64,000 bases of DNA from Chrysomallon squamiferum (Eukaryota; Animalia; Mollusca). Each line of letters opens with the position of its first letter. Positions within the stretch are counted from its first letter, which is position 1. The stretch covers positions 41,912,001-41,976,000 of the forward strand of contig CM022670.1 in NCBI GenBank assembly GCA_012295275.1, written 5' to 3'. The position numbers and the translations under genes are program-made. Below, in pieces: positions 1 through 14,678 of the stretch. Below the pieces are notes generated by a model that did not search any database, had not been told where the DNA came from, and saw only the letters and a program-made list of their open reading frames with translations.

Positions 1-176
1 AAGTCATAGATGACCATAATTCTCTTTAAATGCGTCGCACTTATAACTATTTATTTTCATCCTCATTTTTATTATTTGTTTTAAATTAATTTCTAATTCA
101 CTGAACATCAATGAAACGTCCAGTAACGTATTAAAGAACATTTTTAATTGTATTTCAACAATATATATTTATTTAC

Positions 177-332
<156 letters not shown>

Positions 333-1092
333 TAAGCTTGTTACTAGAGTAATCTAACAACAGAGAAAATTTTGCATGTGTCGACTGGTAGAGATTACAC
401 CGACTTACATTACGTGAGTTTTCTAACCACTGAACTACAACTACCTCCTAAGACTGTCAACTTGACCAGTGTAACTGTAACCTTCGACAGGAATGTTTTT
501 AAGTTGACACTGACTTAGTGGCGGGGTACTAGCCCACCCCGTCAATTTGTCTTCACATTTCTCAGTCAGCAGCTCCCTTTCTTTGTCACACGTACAAAGT
601 TTGTCACAGTCTCTCTTCAAACAAACGTCAACGTTCTTCCCTCTGTCCTTTTACTCTCCTCACCTTTATCTTCTTTCTTTCCTGTTACTCATGTCTCTCT
701 TGCACACGCACGCACACACACACACACACATGCGTTCTTATAAATAATCTCTCTCTCTCTCCCCCCACTCAAAACAGTATATTTAAATATATGTCATCAG
801 CTGATCAAAGTATCTTATCATGTCTTAAACTTTTATAACGATATAAGAATACAGTTTTGCTACGTAATTTTTATTACTTAAATCAGCGAACTCACTTGTA
901 TGTAAATATTTTGTGAATGCACATACAAAACTGAGTATTTTGTACACCGTCACACAAATATTAATATTGTGAAGTCTTTCATATAAAACATATATTTTCT
1001 AATGTTTTACACAACTCAAAACTGAACATTTTCTAAACTTTCACATAAAATTAGGCATTAGAAAAGAGTGACACAGAAGTGTGTAAACTTAC

Positions 1093-1405
1093 CTTTGTAC
1101 AGAGCTGGTATTTCCATCACATCGCCCGTAGCCACGTAATCATTCATCCGCTTGTCCCACTGCATTTGTCTTCCTATCACAATCTTTCTGCGTCTCACTT
1201 CGAGCACGTGCATGACGTCAGTGTGTTGAGTCCAGCCTGGGAGGTGTTTGGCGATGTCGCCTCTGTGCAGTTTCACCTGGAACGGGAGTTTAGTTGATGA
1301 CAGTATTTCCTTCAGCGTCCTCGCCTTCTCCTCCCACACTACGTCTTGAACCCCAGCGCCGCCCGACCCGGGTATCACATCGGGTATATTATCCTCGGCA
1401 GCCAT
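1093..1405 (-). CDS. CABIT-domain gene A (GAREM/THEMIS/Serrano family), first coding exon; remainder not found in the window (presumably to its left)
   Basis: ATG at 1405 with an in-frame TAG upstream. Translation MAAEDN...VVWEEKARTLKEILSSTKLPFQVKL...GDVMEIPALYKG matches the CABIT N-terminal W..L..LP and IPxxYxG motifs. Phase-1 donor AAAG|GTAAGT at 1092-1087 is in the same position as in the three neighbouring paralogs. Confidence 0.85.
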
Positions 1406-1728
1406 CTTGCCTCTGCTTAACTACAGGACGCCGTCTTATGTCGGCTGCTACTGTTGCTCCGGCGCTGTTGCTGTTGCTGTTGCTGTTGCTGAGAACATAT
1501 GGACAGCCGTTGTTTCATGATCGTCGAAGAGACACACTGAAAATACAACACTGTCGTCAGAAAGAAGTGAACGCAGAGCAAATGTTTACATTTCCCTGCG
1601 CTGTCCAGCGGAAAGGTAAATCTCGCAAGTGTTGTCGGGAAATTCGCGGCACATTATCGACAGCAGACGACAAGCGCTTCTCGTCAAATGTTGGTCGCGG
1701 CGTGCAGTGAGTTCTCCCCCACAGAGCA

Positions 1729-1740
1729 AAAACCGGTTTT
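1729..1740. promoter_or_regulatory. AAAACCGGTTTT palindrome (Grainyhead/CP2-type AACCGGTT site) upstream of CABIT gene A
   Basis: Perfect 12-bp palindrome about 325 nt 5' of the ATG; the same 12-mer lies upstream of gene D. Confidence 0.4.
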
Positions 1741-2108
1741 CTTCACTCGGCTAAGTACATTAGTAAAAAATAAACACCCAGCCTCACACTCGTCAGCCCT
1801 GTGAACAAGTTAATACGAGGCTAATTAATAATATGTAATTGTATTACAACACCCGCGTGAAGTGATCGCTTTGTTGATTTCTCTGTTACTGGTCTGTGTC
1901 TGTCACTAACAGTTTTGCTAACACTGGTTTTGGCATATTTCCAGTTTTTATGTTTCTGTTTATTTATGGTATTTTTTTTTTTTTATTATTATTTAGTTAA
2001 ATGTACTTGTCTTAATTTATTTATTAATTTAATGGTTTAATGCAATAAATAATTTAAATAGTTTTATTAATTTACACTTATTTTTATTATGAAGCTGTTC
2101 AGATTCAT

Positions 2109-2143
<35 letters not shown>

Positions 2144-2321
2144 TTATGTATTAAACACTGGCTCTGTATTTTTTTTTTTTTTTTTTTTTTTTTGTGTGTG
2201 TTCTTTACAATGAATAAACCAACATCATTATCATCATAATATATATGCATTTTTTTCTTCTATACCTGTTACCATGGAAACAAAATTGTATACAGTAGTA
2301 ATAGTAAAATGAATGGAAAAG

Positions 2322-2359
<38 letters not shown>

Positions 2360-3578
2360 TTAGGTGGTTTGTTTATTTCAGGTGAAACAGTGGTAAAATT
2401 TTATCTTACTGTGAATATCAAACAATGAAAGTTTATTTTAGTGTAATTATTAAGCACAGTAAACGAATATTACTTTGTTTTCCAACCAGAAACACTCAGT
2501 TTAAGTAAAACAGTCTTGTTATAAGCAGTAAACTACGTGCTGATCAAAGTAATCTGTCTGTAATAACTGATGTGTGACACACACACGTCTCTCTGACAGT
2601 GGGCGGGTGAAAAATCACTGGAGCGTGACGTCATATCCTGTTCCATGAATAGTTAATAAGGAGTAATCAATATTGGTTATTTGTCAGCACATTTGTAATA
2701 CACAGTATATTACAACTTTGTTTAACTAGTCAGTTTTATCTCTTACAGTCATTTCACTTCACTGCGTCCTCAACAGCACCTATGTGCTTTCCACTCCTAC
2801 TGTATCTTCTGCTTTTACTACTTCTACAACTACCACTATTACTGCAAGTATTACTACCACCACTACGTCTACTACTGTTATATTACACAGACATTTTAAA
2901 CTTTCCTCTTAGTGTATACCCGGGCTATATGTGAAAGTACGTCAAACAAACTCTAAGTTTAAATATTTTGATGTTTGATTTTAAAAATCTCTTAAAACAA
3001 TAATGTTTGTCTTTTTATACTCAACCACATACATGTCACCTTGAACATAGAACAAACATAAAAATCAATTTACTTCAATAAACCTTTGTCATATATCCAC
3101 CCAAAAGTCTTCTTCCAAATCCAGAGAGGATATACATCTTGAGTGACACCCCGAAATTGTTTTTTTCACTAGCAATGTTCTTTCTAATTAATTAATCTGA
3201 TTGTGAAAGCTGTAGACGTTGCACAACGCTGACGCCCACGTTCAGAAATCATGCCTTGTTAAACACACACGTCTGTCGTTACATAAATTCCATTTCCACA
3301 TTCTGATAACACTGCTAATCTTTGTAAAAATAAAAAATACATAACAATACGTGTCTAGGCTTGAAACATTATTTATGTGACATTGAAATTTTTTACATTT
3401 ATGTAGACAAGGAAATATTGTCGTTTAGAAAAGTTTATCTGTTGTAAAACAAAGATTTTAATTTTTTTTTTTTTATTTACTTCATCTCAAACTTCCTATT
3501 CCATTGTTTTCATGTCAGTTTATTTCAAGAAGCTTGTTTTACTTTATGATGATAGAAATTCCCTGCTGCTATTACCTT

Positions 3579-3609
<31 letters not shown>

Positions 3610-6071
3610 GTGTTACGACGACTACTACTACCGTTTGGTTGTTGTAGTAACATTAAATATATATGAACAAGAAAACAACAAAATAAAAGTACATTACCTT
3701 TTCGCTACCTTAATTTCGCAGTATTATTTAACAACTAAAAAGATTGACGTCATAACCTTTGCTTGTCGCTGACGTCACGCTACTAATAATAATAAATCAA
3801 AGGACATTTTGGATGGGACACTAGTGACATTTTAATATTAATTGAGGATTACAGTTTTATAAATATTTGAAACATATTTGGGGGTTTGTTTAATTATAAG
3901 ATAATTCTTATTATTGAAGAAAATAATAACAAAACAAAGCCTAAGAGCGCAGACGTGAATTTCTGTGTTTGTATCTGCGTATGTTTGCACGTGTGTGCTT
4001 TTCGTCTGTGCGTATATCTGTGAGCCATATAGATATCTGTCTGTGTTGTGTGTTGATATATGTGTGTGTGTGTGTGTGTGTAAATTGTGAATTCTTTGTA
4101 ATAATTATTACATACTAAGAATTAATAATTATTATGAGTTTTATTACATACTAAGAAGTAACAATTATTATGAGTTTTCAGTTTTTGAATTCTGAGTCTA
4201 CAACAAAACAGTGTCAGCTCTGTTGTTACAGGCTGTCTGTGAATTAGTGTCACATCTCACCCACGAGACTGACTGTCACTAGTGACACACAATGAACACA
4301 GAATCCTTCAGATCACCCCAAGCTGGTCAACAGTGAAACAAACGAAAAAGTGTACATGGCTGTTTTATATGGTTGTGTTTTGAACTGGTGCTTATAACAA
4401 TGTCGATGGTACTTGATACTACGTGTCAGGTCACGTGGTTAGTAGTACGGTGACCTAATTAGATAAGTAGTTTAGAACACATGGTAGATGTATTGGCTGG
4501 AGGCGTGGTTTAGGTTTTACACAGTTTTCAATGTTCTCTGTGACTCGCTGTTTGTTGTCATCAGTCTGATTTCTGTGAAGAAAAAAAAAAAACAACAAAA
4601 TAAATAAATAGAAAATTTATGAATGTTTAATGGCACCTTAGGACGAAAAGCATATTAGCTGTTGGGTGTCAAAGCAAACTTAAATAAAATAATAAAAATA
4701 AAAAAATAAAAAAATAAAATGAAATAAAAAAACAATAAATAAAAAAAATAAAATGAAATAAAAAAAAATAAATAAATAAAAGTGAAATAAAATAAAAAAT
4801 AAAATGAAATAAATAAATAAATAGAAAAAAATAATAGTAATAATAACAGTAATAACAAGAATACTACTAGTACTAGTAGTAGTAATAATAAATAAATAAT
4901 AAAAGAAGAGGGAAACTGTGAGAAGTGCGAGTCTGGGTGTGTCCAGTAGTTACATCTGTTGTTTTTTATTTATTTATTTTTTAAATACCAGCGTCCTTCA
5001 CTCTGAACTCTGCCTCACAAACTAAACACAAAATCTACCAGTGTATGTGAGTCTATGCGTCCAGATAAAACCTACGTCATCGATCTTTTCACCTCTCTCG
5101 TGTTTAAAGCACGCTTGTTATGTAAAACATGGACTTGCTGTTTCGGTTGTAAAGACACTTTGCTGACTGGACCCCTGATGGGAATCGATCCATCACTGAT
5201 CGCGCGTCAGTGTGACGCGTTATTGCAGATCTTTATTTAGCCTACATTACACACCCGAGTGTTAGGAAACACAGACAGACAGACAGACAGGCGGGACACA
5301 CAGACGAGGCGGGAAGAAAGATAAAAGTAAAAATTTGTTTAAACAGAAAATACCGCGCGCTGTACAAGATGTTCAAAGCATGCGTTGTGCTGACATTTCG
5401 GTCATCAGCGATGTTCTGTAGGTTCTGCGTTTTAGGCAGGACCCGTGATGTGTTTACAAACACAACAAACACAAAATGTACCTCCCGCCATTGTTCTCTG
5501 TTTGTAACAATGTCTTTTCTGTGTGAAAACTGTAATACATGATCCAAAAATAATATTAAACAAAATAATATCTTAATTTTTATTTTCACGAATTATTATT
5601 TTTTTTTCATTTTAAATGGCATATACGTCACATTCGTTTGTTACCATGGAAACTATCATCTTGCTGTAGTAGTATTAACTGTAGTAACTGTAGAAACAGT
5701 AGTGATAACAGTAGTAGAAACACTTGTACTCATTGTAGCAGCAATAGTCGCAGTAAGGTAGTGGTGGTTATAGTAGTAATAATAATAGTAGAGATGGTAA
5801 TAATCGTAACATAATTTTGCACTTGTTTACTTAAGTACATCGAGAAAAAAAAATAATAAAATAAAATAAATTAAAATAATATAAAAAAGAAACAAATAAA
5901 TAAATAAAGCAAAATAAAATAAAATAAAATAAAATAAAATAAAATAAAATAAAATAAAATAAAACATTGAATAAATGTCTGGATTATTAAACCTCCAAAA
6001 GTTGTCTCCCTCTTTCTAATTTTAACTTTGTTGTCCTAATATAACGACAGCTGCTGCTTGAGCTGCTGCTG

Positions 6072-6107
<36 letters not shown>

Positions 6108-6198
6108 ATACAAGTACTACTACTACTACTACTACTAATACAGGTACTACTACTACTACTACTACTACAAGTACTACTAGATCAGAGCAGGTTTGTGT

Positions 6199-6284
<86 letters not shown>

Positions 6285-6746
6285 TGTGAATATTTATTAC
6301 GTGTTTATTACGTCCGTTTCATTAAGAATACATTGTACAATAGTGTATTTGTATGTATGTGTGTAAGTATACAGACACACACAAGTTTGGAGTATGTTCA
6401 TATTTTTTGCAAAGGGAACCACCGCAAAAGATCTATGGCGTAATATGCGTGTGTATATGCGTGTGCGTTACATGGTATACTCCATTACGTCAAGGCGATT
6501 ATTCCGACTGTATTTGTTAAAAAAAAAGAAGAAGCGAAAGACAAACAACAAATAAATAAATAAATAAATAATGATAGTGGTCATGATGATGATGACGATG
6601 ATGATAATAATAACAACACAAGAACCAGCACCAACACCACCACCAACAACAACAATTATAATAATATTAAACAAATTGTAAGAATTTAGTGTATTTACAT
6701 GATTAGTGTTGTTAATATTCAACATTCTTACACGTAGGACAAGTTG

Positions 6747-6835
<89 letters not shown>

Positions 6836-7728
6836 ACCTCGCCTCTCCCTCCCCGTTTCACAATGAAAAAAGATAACCTGAATCCTTCTGAAATTCAAAT
6901 TTTTTTTTATTGCGTCAAAGAAAATAATTAGATTTAAACAATACAAAAATACTGTTGTTTATACTGTTAATACCTTCTTACATATTGTATTTACAAAATC
7001 TCAGAACTGAAAACATTCAACTATTTCATTAACGTTAAATCTTCTACTCTGTTTATCACATAGGTAAGAGTAATTACTATACTGTAATATAAAACAAATC
7101 TATAAATTTAGACAAGACATAGTAACTGAAATGAATTAATTTTTAAAAATAATACATTTTTATTAATAAAGGTCGCTGAAATACTGCTTAAACAAATAAA
7201 CAAACACAACAATAACAAAACAAAAAACAGTCAAGTTTGAAACAAAAGTAAATAAAATAAAAACAAAAAGGTATAAAATATTTAGTAGAGTGAACAGAAC
7301 AGAATAAAAGGATAAATTAGTAGTATATAAATAAAAAAAAAATAAAAAAAGTAAAACGAATTGAAATTAAGAAAAAAAAATATATAAGTAAATAAAATAA
7401 TATATAAATAAAAAATAAAAAATTATAAATTAAATAAAATAAAAAAAAATAAAAAATAAAAAAATAAAAAAAATAAAAATATAAAAAATAAAATAAAATA
7501 AAATAAAATAAAATAAAATAAAATAAAATAAAATAAAAAATAAAATAAAATAAAGTAAAATAAAATAAAGTAAAATAAAATAAAGTAAAATAAAGTTAAG
7601 TAAAATAAAAAGTAAAGTAAAATAAAGTAAAGTAAAATAAAGTAAAGTAAAATAAAATAAAGTAAAATAAAGTAAAGTAAAATAAAGTAAAGTAAAATAA
7701 AGTAAAGTAAAATAAAGTTAAGTAAAAG

Positions 7729-9335
7729 TTAAGGTTGTGGTCTCCAGCCGTGTAGGAACATGGATATTTTTTTCAAGTCGATGACTGAGAGATCTGGAAA
7801 CGTGTTTTGCAGTTCTGTCTCGCTCAGTCTCTGAATCAAGCGTCCATCCAAACACTCCTTCCTCATATTCTCCACAGCTTTCCTTTTTATCCCGATCACA
7901 CTGAGCTGCTCACACAACTCACTCACAGAGAGCTTGCTCAGACTCTCGTTCTCAGTGACCGCGCCCTGCTCACTCGCCACGCCCGAGTCCGCCCCCGTCG
8001 AGGACGACCTGGGTCTAAATGAAGACGACTCCGCCCCAAGAGGAAGGTCGTCCTCTGATGACGTCATGGTAAACGGACACTCTGATGACGTCATGTTGTC
8101 AGGACACTGCTCACAGGGGAGGACACTCTGTTCTTGTATGTGTGATGTTTTTGCCATAGACTGCAGTGTTTCATAGATAGGCGTTGAGAGTTTTCTCGAA
8201 GTCTGAGATTTATCAGCAGGATCAGTTTCACTTTGAGGAAGTTTAGTTAGTGTAGACTGCGTACTGGAAACTGCGTCTGGCATTCCTGCCTCAGTGAGAA
8301 TAAACTGTCTGTCATCTGACATGGCTGACACAAGCTGGACGTAGCGAGGACTAGGAGGCGTGGCTGTGATGTAGTCGGAGGTGCTGGGTTCAGGCAGGTA
8401 CCTACAGTACACTGGCGTGTTTTCTGTGTGGCTTGACGAATCAGCTTCTTCACAACTGTCTGATTCCTGATTAGATTTCCTCTTTTCAAAACCAGGAGAC
8501 TTCAGATTCCAAACCTCTTCGTAAACGTCGTCCTCCTTGTGATTACCATCAACATCTACAACATTTTCTACAGCTTTCGTTTCTTGATCAGTGTCTGGTT
8601 TAGTGTGAGATTTCTGTGAGGACGTTTTTGGAAGCCAATGAGAGACTTTTATGTTCCTGGAATATGTGTTTGCACTTGCTCTGCACAGTGCTACAGCGGA
8701 ACAATACGCTTGGCTGCGTGTGACGTTGGTGCTGTTTTCAGCAACGTGAAATCGAAGCGGGATGTCGGCAGGCAACTCCAGCAGAACGTTTTTCACGTTG
8801 AGGATGGTGGACACGATCACTGACGTCTCTCTGACGTGTTGGTTCAGGACGAAGGCGCCTGTGAACATGCACGGCGTGGCCGGCATCTTCCCGTACAGCA
8901 GCTTCACCAGACAAGGACACGACGTCTTTTCCGCGATGTCAGACATTTGTCGCACTGGAACAGCCGCGACGGAGGAGTAGCCGGAAAGCATGTAGAACGT
9001 TCCAGTTTGCTCGAAGGAAAGCAGAAACTCGCGATCCTGGTCGTCAGAACACACGACGTACTTGAAACTCTTCTCTTTACTCTTGGAAATCAAACCTTTG
9101 CTTTTCACTTTTGTCATTGTCTGATACAGACTTCTCTTAGCGAGGATGTCGCCTGGAAACAGAGTCCTCGGAAGAAATTTGTTTTGTTGTTTGACCTCCA
9201 GCGCCTGCACGCTCTGTGACCCGCCAATGAGAAACCTCTCACAGTTCGAGGAAGCCAGCTGTTCTATCTTACGGAAGTACGGGACTGGCGCGTTTGTCGA
9301 GATTTTTTCTGGATTACCAAAAACTGCAAACCATC
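7729..9335 (-). CDS. GAREM: CABIT-domain gene B exon 2: rest of CABIT, Ser/Tyr-rich disordered linker and C-terminal SAM domain (GAREM-like; 640 aa with exon 1)
   Basis: Acceptor TTTCAG|GA TGG TTT (phase 1) joins exon 1 to give YKG-WFAV. CABIT core is YVVCSDDQDREFLLSFEQTGTF. C-terminus LSKLSVSELCEQLSVIGI...LDGRLIQRLSETEL...KKISMFLHGWRPQP resembles the GAREM SAM domain ending in GWRP. Stop TAA at 7729-7731. Confidence 0.9.
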
Positions 9336-9395
9336 CTGAAACAGAAAATAAATAAATAAACAAATAAATAAATAAATAAATTTAAATAAAATAAA

Positions 9396-9452
<57 letters not shown>

Positions 9453-9594
9453 CTAAATAAATAAAAATAATAATAAAATAATAATAAAATAAATAAAAAA
9501 TATCCTTCCATCCTATGTATAATCTGTGTTTTTATTTATTTATATTTTATTTATATATATTTTTTAATTTTTAATTTGTATTTTTTTTATACCG

Positions 9595-9652
<58 letters not shown>

Positions 9653-9702
9653 GAAAAGAAGCTTTGTTTTGGATACTAATCTATTTTAGATCTCACACAC
9701 AC

Positions 9703-9738
<36 letters not shown>

Positions 9739-9799
9739 GAAACACATGTTATGTACTAATGTTATGTGTGTTTGGTATCTCTTAATACACACACACACG

Positions 9800-10877
9800 T
9801 GTTATGTGTGTTTGGTATCTCTTATTACTCTACAGAGTTCAGTTCACACACATGTTTTATGTAACGTGTTGTGTGTGTTTGGTATCTCTTATTACTCTAC
9901 AGAGTTCAGTTCACACACATATTTTATGTAACGTGTTATGTGTGTTTGGTATCTCTTACTACTCTACACAGAATGACCTTCAGTTCACACACATATTTTA
10001 TGTAACGTGTTATGTGTGTTTGGTATCTCTTAATACTCTACAGAGATTTACCTTCAGTTCACACACATGTTTTATGTAACGTGTTATGTGTGTTTGGTAT
10101 CTCTTATTACTCTACAGAGTTCAGTTCACACACATGTTTTATGTAACGTGTTGTGTGTGTTTGGTATCTCTTATTACTCTACAGAGTTCAGTTCACACAC
10201 ATATTTTATGTAAAGTGTTATGTGTGTTTGGTATCTCTTATTACTCTACAGAGTTCAGTTCACACACATGTTTATGTAAAGTTTATGTGTGTTTGGTATC
10301 TCTTATTACTCTACAGAGTTCAGTTCACACACATGTTTTATGTAACGTGTTGTGTGTGTTTGGTATCTCTTATTACTCTACAGAGTTCAGTTCACACACA
10401 TATTTTATGTAAAGTGTTATGTGTGTTTGGTATCTCTTATTACTCTACAGAGTTCAGTTCACACACATATTTTATGTAAAGTGTTATGTGTGTTTGGTAT
10501 CTCTTATTACTCTACAGAGTTCAGTTCACACACATGTTTTATGTAACGTGTTATGTGTGTTTGGTATCTCTTATTACTCTACAGAGTTCAGTTCACACAC
10601 ATATTTTATTTTTATGTGTGTTTGGTATCTCTTACTACTCTACAGAGTTCAGTTCACACACATATTTTATGTAAAGTGTTATGTGTGTTTGGTATCTCTT
10701 ATTACTCTACAGAGTTCAGTTCACACACATATTTTATGTAAAGTGTTATGTGTGTTTGGTATCTCTTATTACTCTACAGAGTTCAGTTCACACACATATT
10801 TTATGTAAAGTGTTATGTGTGTTTGGTATCTCTTACTACTCTACAGAGTTCAGTTCACACATATTTTATGTAACGTG
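9800..10877. repeat. 67-bp minisatellite, about 16 copies, in the gene B intron
   Basis: Unit gttatgtgtgtttggtatctcttattactctacagagttcagttcacacacatattttatgtaa(c/a)gt; the 67-nt period is also visible in the ORF start spacing. Confidence 0.97.
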
Positions 10878-11533
10878 CACAGGTCAGATTATTGTCTGGC
10901 TCTGGGTGTGGAGCACAAGTTTAACCACTGAATCGGTGTCGTGTTTCAAAAACAGTTTTATCTTGCATTGACAACAACTACTACTCATTTATTGTAATAA
11001 GTACATAACTACAGCAGTGACAACATCTACTACTCATTTATTGTAATAAGTACATAACTACATCATCTGTACTTCAGCTACTGTTAATACTGGAAGTACG
11101 ACAACAACAGATACAACTACTACTACTATTACGAGCATACAGCTATTACCGCTCTCTATACTATTATTACTACTGTCTATACTACTATTACTGCTATTAC
11201 TGACATTACTACCATTATATTGCTGTTGCTGCTGCTACTTCTACTACCATTATACTATTATTGTTGCTATTACAACTACTACAACAACTTCAACTACTAT
11301 TGTTGCCAGCATATCACTTTTACTACCACCACCACCATCACTACTACTGATACTATTACTATTACTGCTTCTATAATTACTACTGCTTCTACTACTCTTA
11401 GCATACTATTATTACTACCACTACTACTACAATTATTACTACTCCTATCACTGCTGTTGCCGCTTCAGTTATTAAATATTTTCTCTTTTATAATAAAAAA
11501 AAGAATATTAAAGATTTTAAATAAAACTCTCAC

Positions 11534-11849
11534 CTTTGTAATCTCTGGGTATTTGAACTGTTTCTCCTGTGGTTTTGAACTTGTTGGACGTTTTATCGAA
11601 GAACACTGAGTCTGCCGCTGTTTTCACGTTTTCTTGTTTCTCGTACAGCAAAATGGGCTGAGTGAGGTCAAAGGTCAGCAGATTGAGGTTGATGCCACAG
11701 TTGGCCACGTCACACTGCACGACCAGCGGGAGTTGATGTGTTTTCAGGATGTGTTTCAGATCGTGTGTTTCACACTGCCACTGGAAGTTTGGTCGATCGA
11801 CAGCGGTTTTCAGCTCTAGTGTTGCTGACCTTTTAATATGTCCAGCCAT
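11534..11849 (-). CDS. GAREM: CABIT-domain gene B exon 1
   Basis: ATG in CAAAATGG context. Encodes FQWQCETHDLKHILKTHQLPLVV...QPILLY...GETVQIPRDYKG. Phase-1 donor AAAG|GTGAGA at 11533. Confidence 0.9.
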
Positions 11850-13973
11850 TTTGTGTCACGTGTCCTCTGTACAGTTCTATTAAGCAGTTTTACACCAGAC
11901 AGCTGTAAGTAGCAGACACTGAACTAAGTGAGAGATAAACGAGTAACGTGTCTGTAACGATAACAGATCAGTTGTGTGTATAACATGTACATCCACTACG
12001 TTAACACGTTCAGAGCAGTACGAGTATGTCTGACATACACAACAAATAAAACACCTGCAGGCTTCAGCACTTGTCTACTATATACAGACTGATTTACTGA
12101 TATCACGTCACAAAAATTATAATCAACTTACTGATAATAGACAGGAAAACCACTTCAAGAAAGAACAAGTAACACGAAATTATTTCGAAAAAAAAAAAAA
12201 TCCCAGCTAAAATGACAAACTAAACCGTAAGATGTTTCAACAAAAGCTAAACGCAGACAAGGAGAAATATAAAACTAAAAATCTGGATATTTTACTTCTT
12301 CCTGTTTCTTACTTCACTGCAGCTGCTTTGTGATTCAAGTAACACGCTCTGTTAAACATGAATAGTTTTAAAATAACTACATTATTTTACACTCACGATT
12401 AAACTATTCTCACTGAACGTCGTGGCTGACCAATAAGAGATTTAGATGACGGTGTTTGGGAAGCTGGGCAGACTGAGTTCAAATCTCAGAGATGGAGGAA
12501 AAGCGCAGTAAATGTTATGTGCTAGCAGGTTGTTATCATTCCACCGAGAAATACATATAAAAAATAAAATAAAAATAATAAAAAATAAATAAAAATAAGT
12601 AAATAAGTAATAATAATAATATATATTATACGAAGAAGAAGAAGAAATTGAGTTTCTGTGTAGCAACCAACCATTTAGTTATTTAGGATATTATTTCGTC
12701 TTCTTCTTCTTATGGTTACTCGTTCCAATAGTAGCAGAGGAAGCAGTAGTTGTAGCAGTAGCAGTAATACAGGTAGTAATGGTAGTAGCAGGCGTTGTAG
12801 TAGTAATAGAAGTAATATAAGTAGTTAGTAGTGGTAATAGAAGTAGCAGGAATAGTAACAGTAATAACAGAAGTAGTAATGTGAGTAGAGTAACATTAGT
12901 AGTAGTAGCAGTAGTATGAGTAGTCTAGTAGTAGTAGCAGCAGCTATGATACTGGTTGTAGTAGTAGTAGTAGTAAAAGTAGTAGAATTAGAATAACATT
13001 AATAGACGTAGCAGTAGCAGTAGTATGACTAGAGTAGTAGTGGTAGTAGCAGCTGCAGCACTTGTGAAAGTAGAAGTAATAGTAGTAGTAGTAGTCGTAG
13101 TGGTAGTAGTCGCAAGGAAAGGAGCTGTAGAGGTGTAGTATTAGTAGCAGCAAAATAGTTTTGTGTAGTTTTGTTTAGTAAAACAGAGATAAATGTTACG
13201 TACAGTAATAAATTATTTTATTTCGTAACTGACATTTAACACAATAAAGTTACACAGATAATTTATCACACAGTTGATGACGTTATATTCGTATCTGCCT
13301 TTCTATCTGTCTGCTACTACTTATGTGTCTGCTTTCAGAAAGAAAAAAAAAAAAAGAGAAATAAACGTTATATAAATACTACAAATTTTATACTTACATT
13401 TTTTCATTTTACTTTTCTCCACCTGTTGATCGCTGGTACATGTACGCTATTAAAATGCTTACTTCTCTGACGTTCATAAAGTCACTTCCTGGTCGACTCT
13501 AAAAAGGTGTGCTTCTTTGTGTGTTTGTATCATGTAACGACCAGTCACCCGTTCAAAAATTCAATGCTTATGACGTAAAGCATGAAGTACAAGTATAAAA
13601 CGTTTACTCATCTATCAAAGAAACACGTTCTGTATGAATTTCACTGACTGTAACACGAGAATGTTCGAATTATTTTTTTATTTCTGTACCCGAGCGTTAA
13701 ATTTTCATACGAAATAACAGCAGTCACAACCACGACAGTCACAACAACTGTTACCACTATTTTTACTCGTTTTACCACAACTAATAATAATAATAATAAC
13801 TAAAATAACGACAACGATAATAATAATGATAATGATAATAATGATAATAATAATAATGATGAAGATGATAATGATAATGATGATAATAAATAAATAAAGT
13901 CTCGGTGTAAGCTAACGAGAACAAATAACTTGAGTTATCTCCCTTCATTCACACAATATGTGCAGCGTGTGTT

Positions 13974-14094
<121 letters not shown>

Positions 14095-14678
14095 CACTTA
14101 ATGTATTAATGTGCATTTATGTTGTATACAAGTGTATACGTGCATGCTTGCGTGGTTATTAGGAATGTTTTAAATGACATGTATATTTATGGAATATAAA
14201 AGAGAAAGAGGTGGAGGACAGAATACAAACCGTGCACATACATCTGGCGGATCTTGTCACCACGTAATCTTTTATTTAAACTGTGAGGTCCGCGATGAAA
14301 GAGAATTTCAGTGAATTGAAAGACGAGAGAGGGAAAAAAAAGAGATTATAGCCGTGAGTCAGTGACAAAAGAGGTGAATCGTTTACAACGAATAAATAAT
14401 CTGTCACAGGGCGAGCTGAAATCACCTACCTGTGTTACGCATTTGCCACTCACCTTTGTTGTTGCTTTGGTAACCGGGTTTTATAACTAACCTATTGTCT
14501 GCGTGACACGCTTTTTGGAAACAGTGAATTAGTTACAGCAAAACGTTGTCGGTTACAGCTGTGTGAAAAGCAGTGTTCTGGTTTAGTAATTTCTCTTGTT
14601 TGTTGGCGAGTGAGTGTCAGACTGGTTTTCTCTATTTTTCACGGGTGACGAGGTCGCAGTCGAGCCGGTCTCTCAGCT

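Noticed and set aside
1294-1710. 138-aa plus-strand ORF
   Set aside because: Antisense to gene A's first exon and 5' region, includes a CTGTTG repeat and has no recognisable domain.
7807-9355. Several short ORFs overlapping gene B exon 2 (and similar ones over genes C and D)
   Set aside because: Shadow or antisense frames of GC-richer coding exons.
9800-10877. 67-bp array as a CRISPR-like locus or a repetitive protein
   Set aside because: Head-to-tail units have no unique spacers, there are no cas genes, the context is a eukaryotic intron, and the ORFs in all frames are repeat artefacts.
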